Of a stretch of 64,000 bases of DNA, positions 35,509 through 44,571 are shown piece after piece. The position numbers and the translations under genes are program-made. The notes beneath the pieces are model-generated. The model searched no databases. It was not told where the DNA came from and saw nothing but the letters and a program-made list of their open reading frames with translations. Every line of letters begins with the position of its first letter. The stretch's first letter is position 1. The stretch lies in assembly GCA_964430875.1 (NCBI GenBank), contig CAYSHP010000002.1, forward strand, positions 1,750 to 65,749, written 5' to 3'. This stretch comes from an uncultured Halanaerobiales bacterium. GTDB taxonomy: Bacteria > Bacillota > Halanaerobiia > Halanaerobiales > M55B127.

Positions 35509-36704
35509 TAAAAATGGAAAATAAAAAAAGTATATTGTTTGTAAGTAATGGGCATGGAGAAGATATTATTACAGCCCAAATAATACAAACAATATTCAAA
35601 AAAACAAAAAAAGATGACCTTAATATTGATGTGTTACCTATTGTGGGAGAAGGTAACCGATTTAAAGATTTACCGGTTAATATTTTAGGGCCAGAAGTGA
35701 AACTGCCAAGTGGTGGTTTTGCACGTAATAGTCTTACTAATCTTTTAAAAGACCTTAAAGCAGGTTTGTTAAGTAAGACTTATAAACAGGTCAGAGATTT
35801 AATTAAAAGCAGAAAAGAAGATGAACTATCAGTGGTGGTAGGAGATATTTATATACTATTATTAACTGGAATTTTTAAAGGTGGCAAGATTATATTTTTC
35901 CCAACTGCTAAATCAGAATATATTGAGGGGCATTATAAGATAGAGAGATATTTGATGAAAAAATTTGCGAATTTAGTCTTACCCCGGGATGAAAAGACAA
36001 AAAATGATCTGAAAGCTCATAATATAAACACAGAATTTTATGGGAATTTAATGATGGACTGCTTTAATATAAATAATATTAAATTTGATATTGATTATGA
36101 TAAAATTAAGATAGGTATCCTGCCCGGTAGCAGGGAAGAAGCCTATGACAATATGTTAGATTTTTTAAATGTAATTGAGAATTTAGAAGATTTAACAACC
36201 GACCAATTCGAATTTTTAACAGCTGTGGCCAACAACTTTTCACTTGCTTCTTTAAAGGAGAAGTTAAAAAATACAAGCTGGGACATTATTGATAAAAAAG
36301 ACGAATATATTAAATTACAGTTAAAATCTCCAAAAGGTAATAGTAGAATTTCAATTATTTATAATGGTTTTGGAGATGTATTAGATCAAGCCAAACTTTT
36401 TATGGGTATGGCCGGCACTGCTAATGAACAGGCTGCCGGTATGGGTAAACCTGTTATTATTTTCCCGGGTACAGGTGCACAGTTTACTTATGAATTTGCA
36501 GTTGATCAAAAGAGATTACTCGGGGAAGGTGTAAAATTTGTAGATAGAGATTTTAATAAAGTAGCTTATGCAATTTTAGAACTATTAGAAGATGAAGAAG
36601 AATATAAAAAGAGAAGTAATGCTGGTAAAAATAGAATGGGAGATAGAGGTGCAGCTGATAAAACAGCTAAAAGAGTATTGGATTATTTGCAGAAAGGTGA
36701 TTAG
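35505..36704 (+). CDS. Lipid-A-disaccharide-synthase-related protein (resembles the TIGR03492 family), function unknown
   Basis: 399 aa. N-terminal ILFVSNGHGEDIITAQI is the SNGHGED signature I associate with this LpxB-related family. C-terminal MGMAGTANEQAAGMGKPVI is a GT-B-like nucleotide-sugar pocket. The family name is from memory. Confidence 0.5.
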   Translation: MIKMENKKSILFVSNGHGEDIITAQIIQTIFKKTKKDDLNIDVLPIVGEGNRFKDLPVNILGPEVKLPSGGFARNSLTNLLKDLKAGLLSKTYKQVRDLIKSRKEDELSVVVGDIYILLLTGIFKGGKIIFFPTAKSEYIEGHYKIERYLMKKFANLVLPRDEKTKNDLKAHNINTEFYGNLMMDCFNINNIKFDIDYDKIKIGILPGSREEAYDNMLDFLNVIENLEDLTTDQFEFLTAVANNFSLASLKEKLKNTSWDIIDKKDEYIKLQLKSPKGNSRISIIYNGFGDVLDQAKLFMGMAGTANEQAAGMGKPVIIFPGTGAQFTYEFAVDQKRLLGEGVKFVDRDFNKVAYAILELLEDEEEYKKRSNAGKNRMGDRGAADKTAKRVLDYLQKGD

Positions 36705-37823
36705 ATGGATAAAGTTTCAAAAGTATGGGAACGTATAACTGGTTTTACAATGAACATACATCCAGCTTTTAATTTATTAAATTTAATAATACTTTCTTCT
36801 CTTAGATTTAAAAGATTAAAAAATGCTAAATGGAATAAAATAAATTTATATATGTGGGCTGGTTTATTTATAACGGGTATTATAAGTGTAAGCGGTGCTT
36901 ACGATCTATCACTTGCTTTTTCTTCAGCTTTAATACCCTTCGTTTTTATCTGGCTATATATATTAGGTAAATATATGATTGATAATCCGAAAGTATTTAT
37001 AAAAGATATGGTCAGAGGTACAACAATTTTAGGGCTTATTACTTTTTTAGCCCGTTATTTTTCCTGGAGATTTGTTTATCATGGTTTTGTAATTATCAAG
37101 GGCCAGGGAAGGGCTGATATATTAGGTATAGGAGACAACGGCCTTGGTGTAATAATTCAGGCTGGTATTATTGGAGCTTTGGGTCTTTTAATTGTAGTTA
37201 AAAGTAAAAAGGAAAAGCTCTTTTATTTTATTTATTTAATTATAAACCTTAGTGCTTTAATTATTTCTAGTTCAAGAGGAGCCATGGTGGGAACTGCGGC
37301 CGGCAGCTTTCTTTTAACTATTTTAATGTCCTGGAAAGTGATTGCCATCATAACTACCTTAGTTGGTATTGCTTTATTTACTAACAATAGTTTTTATAAA
37401 AGAGCTCTTTCTATTTTTTCATTAGATGATCGTAGTAATTATATGAGGATTAAAGTTTATGAAGGAACCTTAAATTTAATAAAAGACCATTTCTTTTTTG
37501 GAGTAGGTCCTGGTAATTTTGAAACGGTTTATCCTCAATACCGTGTGCCTGGTGAAAAAATACAGGCTATAACTCCTCATAATAATTATTTTAATATAAT
37601 TAGCGGCTGGGGTATTATAGGGGGATTATTCTTTTTTGGCTGGATTTTTTATACAATAGCCAGGAATGTTTGTAAAGCACATGATAAATATAAGAAGATA
37701 ATAATTGCTATTTTAATTGCTTTTTGGGTTCATGTAATATTTAATGATTTAGCAACTGCATATTCTGCTATCCTAATGGGCTTACTTGATAATCAAGCAT
37801 TTAATATTCAAAATAAAAGTTAA
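36705..37823 (+). CDS. O-antigen ligase / O-antigen polymerase family (Wzy_C domain) membrane protein
   Basis: 372 aa polytopic. SSSRGAMVG followed by a large loop with GVGPGNFE...HNNYFNI is typical of the WaaL/Wzy_C family. Confidence 0.75.
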   Translation: MDKVSKVWERITGFTMNIHPAFNLLNLIILSSLRFKRLKNAKWNKINLYMWAGLFITGIISVSGAYDLSLAFSSALIPFVFIWLYILGKYMIDNPKVFIKDMVRGTTILGLITFLARYFSWRFVYHGFVIIKGQGRADILGIGDNGLGVIIQAGIIGALGLLIVVKSKKEKLFYFIYLIINLSALIISSSRGAMVGTAAGSFLLTILMSWKVIAIITTLVGIALFTNNSFYKRALSIFSLDDRSNYMRIKVYEGTLNLIKDHFFFGVGPGNFETVYPQYRVPGEKIQAITPHNNYFNIISGWGIIGGLFFFGWIFYTIARNVCKAHDKYKKIIIAILIAFWVHVIFNDLATAYSAILMGLLDNQAFNIQNKS

Positions 37824-37856
37824 TTATTAGTATAAATTTCATATGATTAGTTGAAG

Positions 37857-37891
37857 GCTTAACCTTAATTATTTTGGGTTAAGCTTTTTTT
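37857..37891 (+). terminator. Rho-independent terminator of the envelope cluster
   Basis: GCTTAACC / GGTTAAGC forms an 8-bp stem with a 12-nt loop, followed by T7. Confidence 0.7.
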
Positions 37892-38091
37892 AATATAAAT
37901 AAGCTTTTATTATTAAATATGAAGACTTATTTAACTTAATAATAAGTATTATGTAATCACTTTACAGAATTTAAAATAATACTTTGATAATATACATATG
38001 ATTAAAACTAAAGGAGGTAATTATTATCAAAGTCAATAATAAAAAAGTTTACTTTATATTTTTATGGCATGGAGCTTTTCTAGCACTTACC

Positions 38092-39258
38092 ATGTCAATG
38101 ATAGATTTAAATACAGTACTACCTTCCTTAATATCAGAACTAATTGATTCGAAAATCATTTTCGGCCTCCTTTATTCAATGATTTTGGGAGTACCCCGTT
38201 TATTTAATATAATATTTAGTCATTTTTTAAGTTACATTAAATATAAAAAGAAAGTTTTAATTACCGGTATTTATTTAAGGGCTTTTTCATTTTTAGGTAT
38301 GGCTTTAACCACCTATTATTATGGTAAAGATAATCCCGGCATAGTGATTATCTTCTTTTTTATTTGGATTTTTATGTTTTCGATTAGCGGTGGTTTTGCT
38401 TCCCTATCATATAATGAAATTATCGGCAAATTAACTACTAAGGGCCAGCGGGAGAAGATTTTTGCTTCCAAACAGTTTGTGGCCTCTATTATGGCTTTTT
38501 CGGGAGGCTTAATTGTAAAATATATTTTTAGTCCCGGCAAGTATACTTTTCCTAATAATTATAGTATATTACTTTTCATTGGTTTTGTTGGTTTAATCAT
38601 TGCAGCCTTCTCATTTTGGATGATAGATGAAGAACCATCTGTGGTAAGTGAAGAGAAGTTAAAATTAATTAAGTTTTTAAAAAGAGTGCCTAATCTTTTA
38701 AGAAACGATCCTAAATTTCTTAAATTTGTTTTAATAGAAAACATGTCTAGTTTTAGTATGATGGTCTTACCTTTCTATATTGTATATGCCAAAGACACTT
38801 TTAATTTAGCTAGTGAATATGTAGGTACCTTCCTCTTATTTCAAATTGTTGGTATGATTACCTCTAATCTATTTTGGGGATATATAGGAGATAAAAAAGG
38901 TGCTCGCTATGTAGTGCGGGTCTGTATTTTATTAGGCGGAATTATACCGATATTAGCTTTAGTAGCCGGCAGAATGAACCCTGGTATTTATAAATATCTA
39001 TTCTTTTTGGTAGGTTTTGTAATGAGTGGTAGAAAGATTGGCTTTTTACCCTATTTATTAGATATTGCGCCCGAAGAAAAAAGAACGGTTTATTTAGGAA
39101 TTAGAGATAGTTTAAATATATTAATAATAATATTGCCTTTATTGGGGGGAGTATTAATCAACTTTTTAGGATATACCTTAACCTTTATTATAGTATCAAT
39201 TGTAATGTTATTTGCCTTTTTTACTGATCGGCGTGATGAATGTATATTATTGCACTAA
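38092..39258 (+). CDS. MFS transporter
   Basis: 388 aa from the first ATG, polytopic. The upstream in-frame sequence encodes what looks like the missing TM1 and follows a strong SD, so translation probably starts at ATT 38023 or ATC 38026 (see findings). Confidence 0.8.
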   Translation: MSMIDLNTVLPSLISELIDSKIIFGLLYSMILGVPRLFNIIFSHFLSYIKYKKKVLITGIYLRAFSFLGMALTTYYYGKDNPGIVIIFFFIWIFMFSISGGFASLSYNEIIGKLTTKGQREKIFASKQFVASIMAFSGGLIVKYIFSPGKYTFPNNYSILLFIGFVGLIIAAFSFWMIDEEPSVVSEEKLKLIKFLKRVPNLLRNDPKFLKFVLIENMSSFSMMVLPFYIVYAKDTFNLASEYVGTFLLFQIVGMITSNLFWGYIGDKKGARYVVRVCILLGGIIPILALVAGRMNPGIYKYLFFLVGFVMSGRKIGFLPYLLDIAPEEKRTVYLGIRDSLNILIIILPLLGGVLINFLGYTLTFIIVSIVMLFAFFTDRRDECILLH

Positions 39259-39278
39259 TCTGTGAGTTATGTTAAGAT
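39250..39278 (+). promoter_or_regulatory. Sigma-70-type promoter of feoAB
   Basis: TTGCAC (39250-39255), 17-nt spacer, TAAGAT (39273-39278). It overlaps the end of the MFS gene. Confidence 0.5.
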
Positions 39279-39294
39279 AGATATGTGCCAAATT

Positions 39295-39313
39295 GAGAAT
39301 GAATATCAATATA
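39295..39313 (+). promoter_or_regulatory. Fur-box-like operator
   Basis: GAGAATGAATATCAATATA matches the 19-bp Fur consensus GATAATGATAATCATTATC at 14 of 19 positions. It lies just downstream of the -10 and upstream of feoA. Confidence 0.5.
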
Positions 39314-39334
39314 GATTCAGGAGATGATGTAATA

Positions 39335-39580
39335 GTGAAAGCTCAAATTGTTTCTTTGGCTAATTTGAAAGCTGGAGAAAGCGGAACTGTATATGAATTT
39401 AAAGGTGGAGAAAGATTACGTAAAAAATTAGATTCCCTAGGTATAAGACAGGGTAAAAATGTAAAAAAAGTAAGTGATATGGTTTTAAGGGGTCCTATTA
39501 CTATCCAGATAGAAAATAGTTCACGAGTTGCCATTGGTCGCGGGATGGCAGAAAAGATCTTGGTAAAGGTTGGTAAATAG
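39335..39580 (+). CDS. feoA: Ferrous iron transport protein A
   Basis: LANLKAGESGTVYEFKGGERLRKKLDSLGIRQGKNVKKV...GPITIQIENSRVAIGRGMAEKILV is an FeoA SH3-like domain. The track start at 39293 would place the Fur-like box inside the coding sequence, so GTG 39335 (after AGGAG 39319-39323) is preferred. The start remains uncertain. Confidence 0.8.
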   Translation: MKAQIVSLANLKAGESGTVYEFKGGERLRKKLDSLGIRQGKNVKKVSDMVLRGPITIQIENSSRVAIGRGMAEKILVKVGK

Positions 39581-39581
39581 G

Positions 39582-41387
39582 ATGAAAGTTATTTTAATGG
39601 GTAATCCTAATGTTGGTAAAAGTGTAATTTTTTCGAGACTTACAGGTACCAGTGTAACCTCTTCTAACTATGCCGGTACCACAGTTGAATATAAAAAGGG
39701 TTTATTTAAACATCAAGGTAAAAGTGTTGAATTGATCGATGCTCCCGGTACTTATACTTTAGATCCTACAAATAAGGCCGAAGAAGTTGCCGTTGAGATG
39801 TTAAAAGAGGGTGATTTAGTATTTAATATTGTTGATGCTACAAATTTAGAGAGAAATCTTAATTTAACCTTACAGTTATTAGAACAGGATATCCCTGTTG
39901 TGGTATTACTAAATATGTGGGATGAAACCCATCACAAGGGGATTAATATTGATCTTAAAAAACTGCGGGAAGAACTTAAAGTCCCAGTAATTCCGACTGT
40001 AGCAACTACGGGTAATGGCCTCAAACAGGTTTTGGATTATTTAGATTATCGTGAGGTTAAAGAATTTAAAAAGAGATCTTCTGAAGAAAGATGGGTTGAA
40101 ATCGGACATATAATTAATGATGTACAACATATTGAGCCTAAACACCACTCTACTAAAGAAATAATGGAAGAATATACTTTAAAAACCTGGACAGGTATTC
40201 CGATTGCAGCTTTAGTCTTGTATTTAACTTTTGTGGTGATAAGGTTCATAGGAGAAGGGTTGATAGATTACATAGCAAACCCTTTCTTTACAGGTCCTTT
40301 TCAAAGATTTTTAATGCAGATTAGTCAATTTTTGACTGAAGGATCTTTTTTACATGATCTATTTATAGGTCAATTAGTAAATGGTCAGATTGATTTTGAA
40401 CAATCATTTGGACTTTTAACTACCGGTATTTACATACCGTTTGCAGCGGTATTACCTTATATAGTTTCTTTTTACTTTGTATTAAGTATTTTAGAAGATT
40501 CTGGTTATCTGCCGCGTTTAGCTGTCTTGGTAGATAATGTTATGCATAAAGTTGGTTTACATGGTTTTTCAATAATTCCCATGATTTTAGGATTTGGCTG
40601 TAATGTACCCGCTGCCCTGGCAGCCCGTAACTTAGACAGTAAAAGAGAGCAGTTTATTGCCAGTACATTAATGTCTATCTCCATTCCGTGTATGGCGCAA
40701 ACGGCTATGATTATAGGGCTAGTAGGTGCTTTTGGCGGTATATATGTATTCTATGTTTTTGCTGCATTATTTATAGTTTGGATTATTGTCGGACTTATCT
40801 TAAATTATTTTTTACCAGGTTACAGCAGTGACTTGTTAATTGAAATTCCGACTTTAAGATTTCCCTTACTGGATATAGTATTTAAAAAGTTGTGGATGAG
40901 AATTACTAATTTCTTAAAAGAGGCCATTCCTTTTGTATTATTAGGTGTATTAGCAGTTAATGTACTTTACGCCTTGGGCTTTTTTGCTTTCTTGACTCGG
41001 ATTATAGGGCCAGCTTTTTCGACCTTATTTGGACTACCGAAAGAAGTAATTTCAGCTTTGCTCATGGGTTTTTTAAGAAAAGACTTAGCAATGGGAATGT
41101 TAGCTCCACTTGATTTAACAGTCAAACAGCTTGTAATTTCCAGTACAATCTTAACTGTGTACTTCCCATGTGTAGCCACTTTTATTATTCTATTTAAGGA
41201 ATTAGGCTTAAATAATATGTTAAAATCAGCCGGTGTAATGGTAGCAACTGCGGTTACAGTAGGTACTATCTTAAATATTGGTTTTAATTCAATATATGAA
41301 TCGGTTGTAACTATGATCTTAATATTTATTATCATCTTTATTTTATATAGATTGACAAGTAAAAAATATGAGCAAATTATGGAATAA
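39582..41387 (+). CDS. feoB: Ferrous iron transporter B (G-protein domain plus permease)
   Basis: MKVILMGNPNVGKS (G1), DAPGTY (G3), NMWD (G4), then a polytopic gate domain. ATG 39582 lies directly after the feoA stop. Confidence 0.92.
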   Translation: MKVILMGNPNVGKSVIFSRLTGTSVTSSNYAGTTVEYKKGLFKHQGKSVELIDAPGTYTLDPTNKAEEVAVEMLKEGDLVFNIVDATNLERNLNLTLQLLEQDIPVVVLLNMWDETHHKGINIDLKKLREELKVPVIPTVATTGNGLKQVLDYLDYREVKEFKKRSSEERWVEIGHIINDVQHIEPKHHSTKEIMEEYTLKTWTGIPIAALVLYLTFVVIRFIGEGLIDYIANPFFTGPFQRFLMQISQFLTEGSFLHDLFIGQLVNGQIDFEQSFGLLTTGIYIPFAAVLPYIVSFYFVLSILEDSGYLPRLAVLVDNVMHKVGLHGFSIIPMILGFGCNVPAALAARNLDSKREQFIASTLMSISIPCMAQTAMIIGLVGAFGGIYVFYVFAALFIVWIIVGLILNYFLPGYSSDLLIEIPTLRFPLLDIVFKKLWMRITNFLKEAIPFVLLGVLAVNVLYALGFFAFLTRIIGPAFSTLFGLPKEVISALLMGFLRKDLAMGMLAPLDLTVKQLVISSTILTVYFPCVATFIILFKELGLNNMLKSAGVMVATAVTVGTILNIGFNSIYESVVTMILIFIIIFILYRLTSKKYEQIME

Positions 41388-41404
41388 AAAGGAGGATTTT
41401 AAAA

Positions 41405-42259
41405 ATGTATACAGTTAGCGAAGGAAAAATTAAGTTAGAACACGGTACAATAAGTGAAGGATTAATAGCAATAGCAAGTGGTAAAGGTGGAGTCGGTAAA
41501 TCAACCGTTACTGCTAATTTGGCTGTTGCCTTACAAAAACAAGGTAAACAAGTAGGTATTATAGATGCAGATGTACATGGATTTAGTATCCCACGTATTA
41601 TCGGTCTAGAAGAACAGGTAAAAGTTGAACAGGAATCTGAATTAATCCACCCGGCTGAAAAAATGGGTGTTAAAGTAATATCAATGGGTTCTTTTGTACA
41701 TGAACAAAATCCGGTAATCTGGAGAAGCCCCTTACTATTAGGTGCTTTACAGCAGTTCTTTAAAGATGTGATCTGGGGAGATTTAGATTATCTCTTACTT
41801 GACCTACCTCCTGGTACAGGAGATATGAGTCTAAATATTATGCAGAAACTGCCTCATGCTAGAACTTTAATTGTAACTACACCTCAAATTACAGCAACAA
41901 ATGTAGCCGGTAGGGTTGGACATATGGCTGAAAAGATGGATTCAGATATATTAGGTATTATTGAAAATATGGCTTACTATGAATGTTCTGAATGTGGCAA
42001 CAAAGAATATATCTTTGGTCAAGGGGGAGGTAAAGAACTTGCTGATTTATTAGATGTTGATCTATTAGGACAATTACCTCTAATGACCCATGTCAGAGAA
42101 GGTGGAGATGAAGGTAATCCAGTTGTTAAAAAAGATAGTGATGATGATGTAAGTCAAGAATTTCTCAAGATAGCGCAAGAAGTTATCGATAGGAAAAAAG
42201 AATTTGATCCCAGCTTAAAACCAATGAACTTAAAAGGTGGACCTGGTGAGAATCAGTAA
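41405..42259 (+). CDS. Mrp/NBP35/ApbC-family Fe-S cluster carrier ATPase
   Basis: 284 aa. Deviant Walker A SGKGGVGKST, DLPPGTGD and CSECGNKEYIFG (CxxC). Confidence 0.88.
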   Translation: MYTVSEGKIKLEHGTISEGLIAIASGKGGVGKSTVTANLAVALQKQGKQVGIIDADVHGFSIPRIIGLEEQVKVEQESELIHPAEKMGVKVISMGSFVHEQNPVIWRSPLLLGALQQFFKDVIWGDLDYLLLDLPPGTGDMSLNIMQKLPHARTLIVTTPQITATNVAGRVGHMAEKMDSDILGIIENMAYYECSECGNKEYIFGQGGGKELADLLDVDLLGQLPLMTHVREGGDEGNPVVKKDSDDDVSQEFLKIAQEVIDRKKEFDPSLKPMNLKGGPGENQ

Positions 42260-42289
42260 TATTTATATTAAATAAAGAGGATAAAGATT

Positions 42290-42321
42290 AAAGCACCTGG
42301 TTTTTTAACCAGGTGCTTTTT
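42290..42321. terminator. Bidirectional terminator between convergent genes
   Basis: AAAGCACCTGGTT-TTTT-AACCAGGTGCTTT is a perfect 13-bp stem flanked by A/T runs on both sides. Confidence 0.85.
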
Positions 42322-42343
42322 CTACAACTTAAACAAATAGCAT

Positions 42344-43162
42344 TTAACCAAGTGCAACATCTAAAAGCATCATGATTGAAAACCCAACCATTGCACCTAA
42401 AGTGGCAATGTCAGTACCTTCAGATTGAGATTCCGGGATTAATTCTTCAATCACAACATAAATCATGGCACCGGCTGCAAAAGAAAGTGCATAAGGCAAG
42501 AGTGGTCTCATACTTAAAACTGCCCAGGCACCAATTACACCTGCTAGCGGTTCAACTACACCGGAGAGTTGTCCATAGTTAAAACTTTTTAGAGCAGAAA
42601 ATCCTTCTCTTTTTAAAGGTACAGATACAGCGGTACCTTCTGGAAAGTTTTGAATACCGATACCAAGTGCTAAAGCGGCTGCGCCTGCAATAGAAGCAGA
42701 AGGTAGGCCAAATGAAGCGGCTCCAAAGGCAACTCCGACTGCTAAACCTTCCGGTATATTGTGTAATGTTATTGCTAAAACTAATAATATACTTCTCTGC
42801 CAGGTGGTATGAATACCCTCTGCTTCATCTACTTTTAAACCTAAATGGAGATGAGGCAGAGTTTTATCGACAAGATATAAGAAAGCTCCCCCTAATAAAA
42901 ATCCAAAGACTGCTGGTACCCAGGGGGTATAGCCTTGGTTTTCGGCCATTTCAATAGCAGGTGCTAGTAGTGACCAGTAGCTAGCAGCAATCATTACTCC
43001 TGCAGCAAAACCTAACATAGCGTCGAGTACTTTTCTTTTTACATCAGTAAAAAAGAAGACTAATCCTGCTCCAGAAGCAGTTAAAAACCAGGTAAATAAG
43101 GTTGCAAAAAGAGCCTGAGTTACAGGATTAAAACCTTCTAACCATTCTAACATTGATATCAA
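42344..43162 (-). CDS. ZIP-family divalent metal (zinc) transporter, ZupT-like
   Basis: 272 aa with 8 TM helices. [10 protein letters not shown] and [10 protein letters not shown] are ZIP signatures. Confidence 0.85.
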   Translation of the reverse strand: MISMLEWLEGFNPVTQALFATLFTWFLTASGAGLVFFFTDVKRKVLDAMLGFAAGVMIAASYWSLLAPAIEMAENQGYTPWVPAVFGFLLGGAFLYLVDKTLPHLHLGLKVDEAEGIHTTWQRSILLVLAITLHNIPEGLAVGVAFGAASFGLPSASIAGAAALALGIGIQNFPEGTAVSVPLKREGFSALKSFNYGQLSGVVEPLAGVIGAWAVLSMRPLLPYALSFAAGAMIYVVIEELIPESQSEGTDIATLGAMVGFSIMMLLDVALG

Positions 43163-43284
43163 CCTCCAGGCATTATTGATTAAATATATTTACTTTCTAT
43201 ATATTTTAGATTAAAGGATTTTGCTAATTTAATCAAGAATAAAGATTATTAAGAAAAGAGAATATAGGAGGGCGAATAAAATAT

Positions 43285-44571
43285 ATGAAATTACTGCAAA
43301 AGTTTATCGATCAGGAAATAGGTCTGGCTAACGGCTGCACTGAACCTGCAGCAGTAGCTTATTCTGTAGCTAGAGCAGCAGATTTTTTAAAAGGGGACTT
43401 AAAAAAGATTGTCGTAGAGATGGATGGTTATGTATATAAAAATGGGATGAGAACCGGTATTCCGGGCACTAACCGATATGGTGGTAATCGTTTAGCAGCA
43501 GCCCTCGGTATTTTTATAGAGGATTCAGCGGACAAAAAACTTACTTTATTAAATGGCTTAAAAGAAGAAACCATTGATAAGGCGGACTTTATTATAGACT
43601 TAGTTGAGTTAAAGGTAATCAAGGGTCAAAGAGATTTATTGATTAAGACTGAATTACAGGCTGATAATATAGTTAAAACAAAGATTGAAGATGATCATAC
43701 TAATTTAACAGAAATAGCTGTTGATGGTGAAATAAAATATCAGAATAAAAATAATAATGATGAGAAAAATATAGAATTAAATCTAAAAAATGAAATTGAA
43801 AAGATGAATGTTACCGAAATTATTGATTTAGTAGATAGCCAATATGATAGTTCAATTGAGGAATATTTAATACAGGGTTTAAATATAAATCAAGAGTTAG
43901 CAAAAGCTGGTATGAAGGAGGAAGGCTGTGGAGTAGGTAGAACATATAAAACAGTAGCCGGTGATGATTTTATTAGAAATTCGGCAGCTGAGATAGCGGC
44001 GGCTGTTGATGCCAGAATGGGCGGAGCACCACTACCCGCTTTAACTTCTTCCGGTAGTGGTAATCAGGGTATTTTTATTACCTTAGGCACTTATTTATCG
44101 GGTAAAGAAATAAAAAAAGAAGAAACAAAGATCTTTAAAGCTACTTTGCTGGCACATCTTTTAGCCTATTTTATAAAAACAAAGATGGGAAAACTGTCTA
44201 CTTTATGTGGACTTTTCACAGCAGCAGCTCCCGGAATGTTAGCTGGTTTACTGTATTTGGTAGATAAAAATGAGATGATTGAAGATGGTATAAACAACTT
44301 ATTTAGTGACTCCGGCGGAATTTTATGTGATGGTGCTAAGACCAGTTGTGCTTTTAAAGCAATAAGTGCTTATGAACTTGCTCAACGACACTTTAGATTT
44401 TTAGATAGCGGCATGGACTGCCCACTGCCGACTGGTTATGTTAATACCGACCTTAAAAAGACATTAGAAAATCAATATGCACTTGTTAATCCCGGCGGAG
44501 TATCAGTAAATGATACCTTAATTGAAACAATTAAAGGTAATTTTGCTAAAAAAGGAGTTGGTAAAAAATGA
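43285..44571 (+). CDS. UPF0597/YhaM-type protein (L-cysteine desulfidase / serine dehydratase alpha-like)
   Basis: 428 aa. N-terminal GLANGCTEPAAVAYSVA and mid SSGSGNQG, plus ILCDGAKTSCAFK, are signatures of the YhaM/CyuA family. Confidence 0.7.
   Translation: MKLLQKFIDQEIGLANGCTEPAAVAYSVARAADFLKGDLKKIVVEMDGYVYKNGMRTGIPGTNRYGGNRLAAALGIFIEDSADKKLTLLNGLKEETIDKADFIIDLVELKVIKGQRDLLIKTELQADNIVKTKIEDDHTNLTEIAVDGEIKYQNKNNNDEKNIELNLKNEIEKMNVTEIIDLVDSQYDSSIEEYLIQGLNINQELAKAGMKEEGCGVGRTYKTVAGDDFIRNSAAEIAAAVDARMGGAPLPALTSSGSGNQGIFITLGTYLSGKEIKKEETKIFKATLLAHLLAYFIKTKMGKLSTLCGLFTAAAPGMLAGLLYLVDKNEMIEDGINNLFSDSGGILCDGAKTSCAFKAISAYELAQRHFRFLDSGMDCPLPTGYVNTDLKKTLENQYALVNPGGVSVNDTLIETIKGNFAKKGVGKK

Noticed and set aside
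43163-43284. I looked for a Zur box (TCGTAAT-N-ATTACGA type) in the divergent region upstream of the ZIP transporter, and noticed the palindrome TAAATATATTTA.
   Set aside because: There is no match to Fur-family cores. The palindrome consists only of A/T in an AT-rich spacer and is likely fortuitous.
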